Of a DNA stretch of 64,000 bases, positions 12,731 to 26,089 are shown one piece after another. Position 1 is the first letter of the stretch. Each line of letters begins with the position of its first letter. The stretch comes from Eledone cirrhosa (lineage: Eukaryota), in NCBI GenBank assembly GCA_964016885.1, contig OZ024759.1:19282001-19346000 (forward strand), written 5' to 3'. Made by a program: the position numbers and the translations under genes. The notes below the pieces were generated by a model. It was not told where the DNA came from, did not search any database, and saw nothing but the letters and a program-made list of their open reading frames with translations.

Positions 12731-13373
12731 TGCAGATACACTTGTACAGATACAAAGCATATACACATGCACACATACATCTCAAAACATCCACATCCGC
12801 ACATACAATAACATCCATACCTACACATGTATGAATGCAGACATGCAGACATATCTATCTAGTTGATGTTGTGTAAATTCCAATGAAAAAGTCTTGTGTC
12901 TATGTTAGAAACCGACTCTTTCTCTATTGGCAAAACTTTGTGAAATTATAAAACAAGAAGAACATACATTCATGCATACCATTTCAGAATGCTTCATATT
13001 AACAAAGTTACATGATAGTGGATTGTAGGATCTTTAGAGGATTTAATACGAAATGATGTGCCATTTTCTGCCATCATGTTTGTGCTGTTCTCTTTGTGCT
13101 GAAAACTCCACAATGCCTTTTATTTTTCTGATGTCAATAAACGGTCCAGTAGTTGATAAAAGGGAAATATTGGCAGTCGATATCATAGATAATAATGTAA
13201 ATGTGAGGTGTCCCAGCATGTCCACAGTCTAATGATTAAAATAAGGAAAATCAATATTTAAATATATATTCTACGTCAGGAAAGCACGAACGTACCTCTA
13301 TTTGTGTACGTGTGGGTGTATGCATTGATATATATCTATATATATATATAATGTGTGTCTGTATATACCTATA

Positions 13374-13408
<35 letters not shown>

Positions 13409-13614
13409 CTGTCTGTATGTATATATATGTGTAAATATATATATGTGTATATATTTATGTGTATATATATGTGTCAGTAATTGTCACAAGTGTAGTGTTT
13501 GTACCAGAGTTTTCGAGTCGCTGGCTGGACTACAAAGTCCCACTCGTTCAGCGCATCGGTAGGAGTTCCCTAGATGGTTATAAAGTAGTGGCCGTATATG
13601 TATATATATATAAA

Positions 13615-13733
<119 letters not shown>

Positions 13734-13763
13734 TATATAATATATATATATATATAAAATATA

Positions 13764-13795
<32 letters not shown>

Positions 13796-13893
13796 TATAT
13801 ATATAAAATATAATGTATATATATATATAAATATTATATATATATATATATAAATATTATATATATATTTATATATATATAAATATTGTATAT

Positions 13894-13936
<43 letters not shown>

Positions 13937-14081
13937 TATATATATATATGTATTATATATATATGTATTATATATATATATATAATATATATATATATAA
14001 CATATATATATATATATATGTATTATATATATGTATTATATATATATATGTATTATATATATGTATTATATATATATATAA

Positions 14082-14270
14082 GGCGGTGGATTGGCAGTAT
14101 CGGTAGAGGGTCGGACGCCATGCTTTCCAGCATAGTTACGTCCCTTTACGATCTGAGTTCAAGTCCCGCCGAGGTTGACTTTGCCTTTCATCCTTACGGG
14201 GTCGATAAAATAAAGTACCAGTAATGCACTGGGTATTTGCTGGCCTTGTGCCTAAAGTAGAAACAATTAT
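14082..14270 (+). mobile_element. SINE family A inserted in (TA)n
   Basis: Full-length copy. Confidence 0.88.
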
Positions 14271-14765
14271 ATATATATATATATGTATTATATATATGTA
14301 TTATATATATATATATGTATTATATATATTTATATATATAATATATATATATATAACATATATATATATATGTATTATATATATATATAATATATATATA
14401 TATGTATTATATATATATATATATGTATTATATATATATATATGTATTATATATATTTATATATATAATATATATATATATAACATATATATATATATGT
14501 ATTATATATATATATAATATATATATGTATTATATATATATATATGTATTATATATATATATATAATATATATATATATGTATTATATATATATATATAT
14601 AATATATATATATATGTATTATATCTATATATATAATATATATATATAACATATATATATATGTATTATATATATATATAATATATATATATAAAATATA
14701 TATATGTATTATATATATATATATATTATATATATATATATAATATATATATATATGTATTATAT

Positions 14766-14818
<53 letters not shown>

Positions 14819-14970
14819 TATATATATATAATATATATATATGTATTATATATATATATTATATATATATATATATAAAATATTATATATATATATATAT
14901 AAAATATATATATATAATATATATATATATGTATTATATATATATATTATATATATATATATATATATAA

Positions 14971-15089
<119 letters not shown>

Positions 15090-15094
15090 TATAT

Positions 15095-15126
<32 letters not shown>

Positions 15127-15236
15127 AAATATAATATATATATATATATAATATATATATATATATATAAAATATAATATATATATATATATATATATAA
15201 TATATATATATATAAAATATAATATATATATATATA

Positions 15237-15268
<32 letters not shown>

Positions 15269-15335
15269 ATATATATATATATAATATATAATATATATAT
15301 ATATAATATATATTATATATATATATATATATATA

Positions 15336-15376
<41 letters not shown>

Positions 15377-15442
15377 TATATAATATATATATATAATATA
15401 TATATATAATATATATATATATAATATATATATATAATATAT

Positions 15443-15474
<32 letters not shown>

Positions 15475-15691
15475 ATATATATATCTATATTATATATATA
15501 TATAATATAATATATATATATATATAAAATATATATATATATATAATATATATAATATATATATATATATAATATATATATATATATAAAATATAATATA
15601 TATATATATATAATATATATATATATAATATATATATATATATATAATATATATATATATATATAATATATATATATATAATATATAATAT

Positions 15692-15723
<32 letters not shown>

Positions 15724-15881
15724 ATATATATATATATAAAATATATTTATATATATATAAAATATAATATTTATATATATATAAAATATAATATTTATAT
15801 ATATATAAAATATAATATTTATATATATATAAAATATAATATATATATATATATAAAATATAATATATATATATATAATAT

Positions 15882-15913
<32 letters not shown>

Positions 15914-15984
15914 ATATATATATATAAAATATAATATTTATATATATATAAAATATAATATTTATATATATATAAAATATAATA

Positions 15985-16676
15985 TTTAAGATAACTGCGA
16001 AAGTCCGACAAGTTTTTATGTTGAAAATAAAATTACAAAGAATCAGTCCGGAGCCTTGTAGTTGTCGCAATAGGTGTTTGGCGACGTGTGGACAACGTGT
16101 GAATAAATCACTTCTTGTGTTTAGGCAATTACTATTGCGTAATCTCTTTAGAATAGTTATTCGTTCGTCAATACGTAAGCCACACGTCGGATTTCCCCTT
16201 TCATTGAATGGAGTAGTCTATACTTGAGTCCTTGAGGGACCATACGTGGCTCGCGAGTTTCGTGGATGAACGTCTGTCCGGGTACCTGAAGGTAGACTGG
16301 TGGTTCAAGAAACGTTCCTTGAATCGGCCCTCTGCCATGCCCACATAGGATTTGACCTCCTGTGGTTCGTTTGGTCGGTTGGAAGTGACCACAGCTTCAC
16401 AGATTGCAGCTGGTGTGTTGCATTGCTGTTGAAGGGGGCAAGCTTCAGGCTTACGGCAAGAGCACCCTGGTGGGGTGTTGCTCCTAGGGTTGTTGGTGAT
16501 GTGGGCCTTCATGTTCTTAGCGCAGGAGTATCCTAGTTTAACTTTGTGTCGGTTAAAGATGGAGCGGTATCTATGGGGAAGTGTCTATCTAAGAGGGTTA
16601 GAAATTTTTTTCCTACATTGGTTTTAACGTTGAGTGAGAAGGGAGGAGAGAACCAGATAGTTTGTCTATAGTAGAA
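15985..16676 (-). mobile_element. Penelope-like element 3' fragment (GIY-YIG endonuclease), pseudogenised
   Basis: [20 protein letters not shown]..., CSCRKPEACPLQQQC, YVGMAEGRFKERFLNH, terminal LNTRSDLFTRCPH; contains stops and frameshifts. Confidence 0.9.
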
Positions 16677-16677
16677 A

Positions 16678-16710
<33 letters not shown>

Positions 16711-16904
16711 GGGCGGTGGATTGGCAGTATCGGTAGAGGGTCGGACGCCATGCTTTCCAGCATAGTTACGTCCCTTTACGATTTGAGTTCAAATCCCGCC
16801 GAGGTTGACTTTGTCTTTCATCCTTACGGGGTCGATAAAATAAAGTACCAGTAATGCACTGGGTAATTGCTGGTCTTGTGCCTAAAGTAAAAACAATTAT
16901 TATT
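16711..16904 (+). mobile_element. SINE family A between the two PLEs
   Basis: Full-length copy preceded by (TTA)n. Confidence 0.88.
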
Positions 16905-17969
16905 AAGACTATATATTATAAGAAGAATATAACACATATACATACGCAAAAATATAAATATATATACACACGTATAAAAATATATATATATATCTAACTA
17001 CGTATATAATATATACATACAAAATATAAAGGATTTTTTAATTTAAGATATAGGAAAACTTATAAAATCAGAGAAAGTCTGTTCAATGTAATATCAAAGC
17101 AGCGTGAAGGAAAATTACGTTACTTAATTATATAGATGTTACAATTGTTAAGATATTAAAGGGAATTTTTTTTGTTATACACACTTTATGTTATTATACA
17201 AAATTTTATATAAGTTTTATAAGATTAACCTGTTATGTAGTTATGACTGTTATTATATGTTTATTTCTCACGAACCTTGGGATAATCTCTATAAATAAGT
17301 GTAATCGAATTGTATGTGTATATATATATACATACACAATTCACTCATATACATATATATATATACACATGTACCCACACGAATATGTAGATATGCATCA
17401 CATACACATATACATACAAATAGACATACACGCATAAAACATATGTATATGTATATCAATGCACACATATACATACACATACGCACACATATAGAGAAAA
17501 TAATATATAAATATAGTACATAGTATAATTGAAGTACATAAAATACAAAAGAATTATATTACGATTTGGAAATATAATTATAAGCAATATAACTTTAAAA
17601 CAATATAATAATTTAAAAAATATTATAGAATATTTCAAGTTATAATTTTAGAATAATATGTTTAATAAATTTAGTATAAAAATTTTCTACGTATGTTTAA
17701 CTTAATTTACTTTTATATCCATAAGAGAAAGAAAAAGAAAAAGAAACTTTCAAAAGATAAACTTTCGAAAATAGGAGAAACTATCAAAAATTATTTTCCC
17801 CTTTTAAGGGCTTTCAGTATATTTCTCTAGAAGAATGTATTATGTTTATTTATATTTAGGAAGAAAAGTTTTTTTTACTTGAGTGTATAATCAGTCAAAA
17901 AAAATGAAGGAATCCAATGATTTATTGATAGGTTCAATATATTAATAAAATTAATTAATTAATTATATA

Positions 17970-20137
17970 TTACGTTTTAAATTTATATTTAAACGTTGAG
18001 TAACTGAATAAATTGTTCCTTAGGTTCAGGGAATTTTTGGTCTTTAATATAAATAATATTTCCTCTATACAAAGATCACAAAAGGAGTAGCTTTTGAAAT
18101 AATATTCCAAATCAACGAATATTTAACATTCTTTAGTTTGAGGTCCCATAATAAGCTAGATAGAGAAGTTGAAGATTTTTTGTTTGGATCCGTAAAAGAA
18201 TTTTTATGATTATTGAAGCGGGATTTAAACTCTGTGGAAGTGGATCCCACATAACTAAATGAATTTAAATTAGTTTTTACATTACAATTATATACTATAT
18301 TTTTAGCTAAGCAATTGTTATTTAACGGACAGTTAGATTTACTTCTACAGTTACATTTATCAAATTGGATATTGCTTGGGTTATTAGTGGTATTTTGGTT
18401 AGGTTTTAAATTTCTATTATTAATTTTATTAATATTTTGCGCTAAGTTTTTGGTGGAAGAATAAGTTAATTTTATAGTATGTCTATTAAAAATTGAATAA
18501 TATCTATGTGTTCTAGGGAAGCATTTGTCAAGAGCTTTAAAAAATAATTTAGCAATAGGGGTTTTAATATTTAATGAGAAAGGAGGAGCGAACCATAATA
18601 TGTTCCTAGTTCTATTTCTTTTTTTGTTTTCGGAATTATTGTAAGGTTTTCTATTATAGTTGTTAAAATTGTTAAAATAGTTAAAATTGTTACGATTATG
18701 GTTAGTTGTTATATTATTATTATCAATGTATTTAATTTTATTTCTATACCCAGCTCTACCTAACGCTTCGTTGTAATAATGTGCTTTTTCATCAAATATA
18801 TTCTTATTAGCTGAAATTCTCGAAATTCGTTCCTGTACAGAGTTCACTATAGTATTTTTAACGGATCTGGGGTGATTAGAGTTAAAATTGACGTAGTTTA
18901 AGTTCTCATTTAGTTTGTGAAATGAATAATGAAGACATGTGTTAAGGTTTAGTGTTACATCTAGAAAGTTAACTATTTTATGGTTATTCTCTATTTCTAC
19001 TTTTAGATTAAGGTAATTAAAAAATTGTATAATTTGTTTTCTTTTTCTATTTAGTTCACAGTTATTATTTTCTATAAGTAAAAGCATGTCTTCACGATAT
19101 AAACCTCCGGTTAAATCAGGTATTTGCCTATGTAGAGAATTATTTATAAAGAGGCCCACAAGATCCGTTACCTGAGCGGAATCGGATGATCCCATAGTTA
19201 TATCGAAGTTATTATTTCTATCTGCCTTAGTCCAGAGTTGGTTATTAAATTCTATTAATGTTTTCCGTGCCGATAATATAATGTGCATTTCATTGCTAGT
19301 TAAGTCTGTATGTTTAAATGCGTAAGTTAGTGCTTTATTCAGTAGATTAGGAGTGATAGATGAGTCATAGTTAGCAATATCCAACTGAATAAACTTATTA
19401 TTATAGTTATATTTAATTTCCTTAAACCAATCGATAACTTCACTAGTTCCTTTCCATAATTTTAAATAAGATAAATTCTTAATTTGTGGTATTATTCTGT
19501 CTAAAATGTTTTTGCTAAGTCTGCCAAGGTCCGATTTAGATGGTGCAATTAATCTGACTGGTAAATCCGTTTCAAAATTCCTTTTGTGATCCTTCATATT
19601 AATCTTAGGTTTCCTTGGCATGAAGGGTTGTGTTTTATTTTCAATGCCTAGTTCATGCATTATATAAGAGGTTTCCGTATTCAATTTTTCAAGGTCGTCA
19701 TTATTTGCTACTTTGTATTTCTCCCTTAATTCCTTTAATATAAGATCATTATAAATGTCCTTTTGTATTCCGTAAAGATTATTGGTTTTGTCAGACTTGA
19801 CTAGAATTTTCTCCGTTCTCTCCAAGTTTTCAATATTATTTTTAATATTTCTTAAGTAATCCTGGCCTTTGAAGTTGTTTTTGAATTTCATTCTTTGGAT
19901 GATAGATATGATTTCATTTTCAAAATCCATTAGTAGTTTGTTGGGGGGGGTGGATTTTTTTTAGATTTGAAGATTTTATCCAGATTGGAGACATTTTCAT
20001 TTAGATTAGATTTATCTAAGTGGAAAGCACGCCACCTGATTCTTCGAGTCTGATTTTTCTATTAATTGTTTAATAAAATCTTTGTTCCTAGGTAAAGGTA
20101 TGTCTTTTCGAGAAGAAGAAATCTTAAAGAATTCCAT
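17970..20137 (-). pseudogene. PLE reverse transcriptase + C-terminal GIY-YIG endonuclease, disrupted (621-aa open core 18065-19930)
   Basis: Motifs KSDKT, KDHK, RLIAP, QLDIANYDSSI, FDITMGSSDSAQVTDLVG, GLYREDM (normally YRDD), VNFLDVTL, SNHP, WFAPPFS, CNCRSKSNCPL, YVGST. The N-terminus (MEFFKISSSRKDIPLP, RIRWRAF) and C-terminus (CDLCIEE..LNLRN) lie in other frames. Confidence 0.92.
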
Positions 20138-20316
20138 TTTTTCAGTTATAATATAAAGCGCTCAACAATGCAGGAGCAGAATATATGCAAAAGTTCTATT
20201 TAAATTGTTGGGATACAACAAGCAAATATTTTTATAACTGATGTAAAGCACTCAACAAATAATTGGAGTAAAAATACGATATTGACAAATGGAAACTATA
20301 TTTATAAAACCATATT

Positions 20317-20381
20317 TATTTCATTATACATATTTCAAGGACACCAAGTTAAATTATGGTGTGCTTTCATCAGATAAAATA
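20317..20381 (-). ncRNA. Minimal type-I hammerhead ribozyme in the PLE 5' leader
   Basis: TATTTTAT-CTGATGA-AAGCACACCA..TGGTGTCCTT-GAAA-TATGTA-TA^-ATGAAATA: 8-bp stem I, ~9-bp stem II, quasi-palindromic stem III, AUA site. Confidence 0.8.
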
Positions 20382-21178
20382 TAATATAGAGCAGTTTTAT
20401 AAATAAATATTGACATACCCTTAAAGAATGCAACCATTGCTGTTGGAAGCTCCCGGATAGTGGAGTTATATTTATACTTATAGTATTAGGTAAGGTAGTA
20501 TTGGATAATTTTAAATAAACCGTTGGGTTACAGAGAAAGAGAAAGAGAGAGAGCAGAATAACAGAGAGAAAAGAGAGAGAGAGAGCATAACAACAGAGAG
20601 AGAAAAGAAATAGAAATAGAAAAAAGAAAAATAGAGAGAGATGAGAAAGGGAAAGGAGAGAGAGAGTGAAAACTCCAAGTCATATCTTGTTGATTTATCT
20701 TAACATTTGAGATGAAATGAATAAATAAAATTAGAAATGTTAATAATCATGAATGGAATATACATATATAATATGAGAAATTTAACCATTGTTTAAATAT
20801 GATTAAATGTTTAGTTAATCAGTTATAATATTGAGATCAATACTTTAAAAATTGAGATCTATATATTAAGAAATCTATATATTATTATTAAGACTATATA
20901 TTATAAGAAGAATATAACACATATACATACGCAAAATTATAAATATATATACACACGTATAAAAATATATATATATATCTAACTACGTATATAATATATA
21001 CATACAAAATATAAAGGATTTTTTAATTTAAGATATAGGCAAACTTATAAAATCAGAGAAAGTCTTTTCAATGTAATATCAAAGCAGCGTGAAGGAAAAT
21101 TACGTTACTTAATTATATACTCAGCCGTTAATATGCATAACGTAAGTATATACGTTCAACAATCTGGCAGGAAGGTAT

Positions 21179-21221
21179 ACGTTGCTGACGATAGCTAATA
21201 AGCTTGAAACTAGTATAGCGT
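21179..21221 (+). ncRNA. Minimal type-I hammerhead ribozyme (U-U at base of stem II)
   Basis: ACGTTG-CTGACGA-T-AGCT-AATA-AGCT-T-GAAAC-TA-GTA^-TAGCGT; palindromic ACTAGT stem III and a 6-bp stem I with wobbles. Confidence 0.75.
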
Positions 21222-21798
21222 TCGTTTGTCAGTGTTGAACAAACGAGCAACGATGGTTGCTAGACACTACGGCTTAATACGGGATGTTTGTTTACAAACA
21301 CACCGAGCATTATAATAAATGTTCGGTGAATCCATACGTACATATATATATGTGTGCATGTATGTATATATATATATATATACATACTACTGTACGTATG
21401 TATACATATATGTATGTACGTGTACATACTTATATTTAAGTAACAGCCGTACTAAGAGTGGGAAATGAAATTTCGTTTCATTTTTCCGTTTATATATATA
21501 ATATATATAATATATATATATATAATATAATTATATATATATATATAATATAATTATATATATATATATAATATAATTATATATATATATATATAATATA
21601 ATATATATATATATGCGAGAAAAAGACAAACCCTCCATCTCAATTCTACTTTTGAAAAGCCCAAGAACTGCGAAAACGGTAAAGGAACCAAATAAATATT
21701 TTTTTTTTTAAAAAAGACTCCAGTTGCATTTTCAATTTCATCTTTTTTTCTGATACTTTCACTCGTGTAGGACACCTCGTTTTTTTTTTTTCATTTTG

Positions 21799-21861
<63 letters not shown>

Positions 21862-21917
21862 TATATATATATAGAGAGAGAGAGAGAATATGACAGAATA
21901 TAAATATATAAAATATA

Positions 21918-21976
<59 letters not shown>

Positions 21977-22008
21977 GAGAGATAGAGAACAGAATATAAA
22001 TATATAAA

Positions 22009-22110
<102 letters not shown>

Positions 22111-22661
22111 AAAATATAAATATATAAAATATAATATATATATATAGAGAGAGAGAGAATAGAACAGAATATAAATATATAAAATATAATATATATATAT
22201 TATATTTTATATATTTATATTCTATTCTACTCTCTCTCTCGCTCGCTCTCTCTCTATCTATATATATATATATGACGATGGTAGTGGTGGTGGTGATGGT
22301 GGTGGTCGTTGATATGATGGTGGTGAGGGTGATGGTGATGGTGGTGGTGGTGGTGGTGATGGTGGTTGGTGAAGAAGGGAAAAAAACAGAAGACAAAGAA
22401 GGAAAATACAGAAAGAAGAAGAGAGAATGAAGAGGTCGACGTGGTAGGAAACGCTACATCATATAAGTATTTCTGAGAACAATTTTGAACATCACTGTTG
22501 TTTATAGGAGGTTTTTTAGGTCAAGTTTTGCGTTATCTCTTTAGATAAGTGAATTTTACATAAAATCATATTTCAAATAATCTGAATGCTTGTTGTCTTT
22601 TTGTATTTCTATTCCTTTGATTAATGATAATAATCTTCGTAAATACTTAGAAGCCGGATAG

Positions 22662-22722
<61 letters not shown>

Positions 22723-22761
22723 GATAGATATATAAATATAAATATATATATAGATATATAT

Positions 22762-22896
<135 letters not shown>

Positions 22897-22897
22897 A

Positions 22898-23003
<106 letters not shown>

Positions 23004-23031
23004 TAAATATATATATAAATATAAATATATA

Positions 23032-23067
<36 letters not shown>

Positions 23068-23068
23068 A

Positions 23069-23179
<111 letters not shown>

Positions 23180-23217
23180 AATATAAATATATATATATAA
23201 ATATATATATAAATATA

Positions 23218-23337
<120 letters not shown>

Positions 23338-23544
23338 TATATATATATGCATATACAATTGTATAATGGGAATACTCATAATTGTATTCTTCGGTAAATT
23401 TATTTTTTGATGTGGAAAAAAGAATAGATAAAATTTACATCTGTCTTTTAACTTGAGTGACGTTTTATGTAAATAGAATAGTACTACAGTTGATGGTTAA
23501 ATAGTTTGGAGAGAGTTTCTGACTAGTAGTAATAGTAATACTAA

Positions 23545-24136
23545 TAATAATTGTTTCTACTTTTGGCACAAGGCCAGCAATTATCCAGTGCATTACTGGT
23601 ACTTTATTTTATCGACCCCGTAAGGATGAAAGGCAAAGTTAACCCCGGCGGGATTTGAACTCAGAACGGCAAGGGCCGTAACTCTATGCGTCAAAGCATG
23701 GAGTCCGACCCTCTACCGATACTGCCAATCCACCGCAGTAATAGTAATACTAATAATAATTGTTTCTACTTTTGGCACAAGGCCAGCAATTATCCCAGTG
23801 CATTACTGGTGCTTTATTTCATCGACCCCATAAAGAAAGGCAAAGTTAACCTCGGCAAGAGTTGAACTCAGACCGTAAAGGACCGTAACTCTATGCTCCA
23901 AAACATAGCTTCCGACACTCTACCGATACTGCCAATACACCGAATAGTAATAGTGATAATAATTGTTTCTGCGTTTGGCACAAGGCCAGCAATTATACCA
24001 ATTCATTACTGGTACTTTATTTTATCGACCCCGTAAGTTAAAGGCAAAGTTAACCTCGGCGGGATTTGAACTCACATCATAAACTCTATGTTGCAAAGCA
24101 TGGCGTCCGACCCTCTACCGATACTGCCAATCCACC
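23545..24136 (-). mobile_element. Three tandem SINE family A copies
   Basis: Three head-to-tail reverse-complement copies. Confidence 0.85.
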
Positions 24137-24225
24137 GTCCTCCACCGTCCTCCACCGCTCTAATAATGATAATATCACATGGCGTATATATATGTGTGTA
24201 TCTGTGTATGTATATGTATGTGTGG

Positions 24226-24274
<49 letters not shown>

Positions 24275-24303
24275 ATATATTATATATATATATATTATAT
24301 ATA

Positions 24304-24347
<44 letters not shown>

Positions 24348-24373
24348 TTATATATATATATATATATTATATA

Positions 24374-24434
<61 letters not shown>

Positions 24435-24453
24435 ATTATATATATATATTATA

Positions 24454-24502
<49 letters not shown>

Positions 24503-24556
24503 ATTATATATATATATTATATATATATTATATATATATATATTATATATATATAT

Positions 24557-24632
<76 letters not shown>

Positions 24633-24661
24633 ATTATATATATATATATATATTATATATA

Positions 24662-24750
<89 letters not shown>

Positions 24751-24871
24751 ACAATTAGATAAATCAAAATGAATTTAATGTAAATCAAAATTATGGGTGT
24801 CATGCCAGAAAGGCATGCGCCATATCACCCGCAAAATAAGCTCCAAGATTCTAATGAAGAGGTCCGAGCAT

Positions 24872-25083
24872 TTTATAACAACTAGAAATTGATTAACATA
24901 TAAATAAACACATGAATAATCACAGGAGGTAATTTTTACAAGTGTGTAAGCACACATAGCTAGGTAGGTAACTAAATAAATGTATTTAGTTGCCTAGCTA
25001 TGTGTGTTTACACACCTGTAAAAATTATCTCCTGTGATTATTCATATGTTTATTTATATGTTAATCAATTTCTAGTTGTTATA
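24872..25083. repeat. ~100-bp-arm imperfect palindrome embedded in (TA)n
   Basis: TATAACAACTAGAAATTGATTAAC... / ...GTTAATCAATTTCTAGTTGTTATA. Confidence 0.9.
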
Positions 25084-25085
25084 TA

Positions 25086-25209
<124 letters not shown>

Positions 25210-25268
25210 ATATTATATATATATATTATATATATATATTATATATATATATATATTATATATATATA

Positions 25269-25336
<68 letters not shown>

Positions 25337-25406
25337 AATATATTTATATTATATATATATATATATTATATATTTATATTATATATATATATATATATTA
25401 TATATT

Positions 25407-25465
<59 letters not shown>

Positions 25466-25526
25466 ATATTATATATATATATATTTATATATTTATATAT
25501 ATATATATTATATATATATATTTATA

Positions 25527-25588
<62 letters not shown>

Positions 25589-25616
25589 ATATTATATATA
25601 TATATATTTATATATT

Positions 25617-25675
<59 letters not shown>

Positions 25676-25677
25676 TA

Positions 25678-25776
<99 letters not shown>

Positions 25777-25780
25777 TATA

Positions 25781-25898
<118 letters not shown>

Positions 25899-26013
25899 CT
25901 AGCCGTAACGCTGATGGAGTCGTAGAAACACCCAAATGACACAACGCCTTTGAGGCATTTTAGACCTGCAGGAGTCAATATTTCCCCAATGTATAAATAT
26001 ATGTGTATATATT

Positions 26014-26066
<53 letters not shown>

Positions 26067-26089
26067 CCGAGGGAGTGTCGAGCTGACAC

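Larger units (their letters stand above)
16896..21119 (-). mobile_element. Near-full-length Penelope-like retroelement bounded by ~239-bp direct repeats (pLTR-like)
   Basis: 16896-17134 is nearly identical to 20881-21119; the repeats enclose the RT+GIY-YIG ORF and a sense hammerhead. Confidence 0.85.

Noticed and set aside
13500-13560. HHR-like CTGAAC-GAGT...ACTC-GAAA (minus); similar weak cases at 8895-8952, 33480-33525, 43795-43872
   Set aside because: Two or more core defects and no convincing stem I.
16201-16203. In-frame TGA in the PLE endonuclease as possible selenocysteine
   Set aside because: It falls where Trp is expected (YSLIWN in the other PLE), and the fragment has other lesions.
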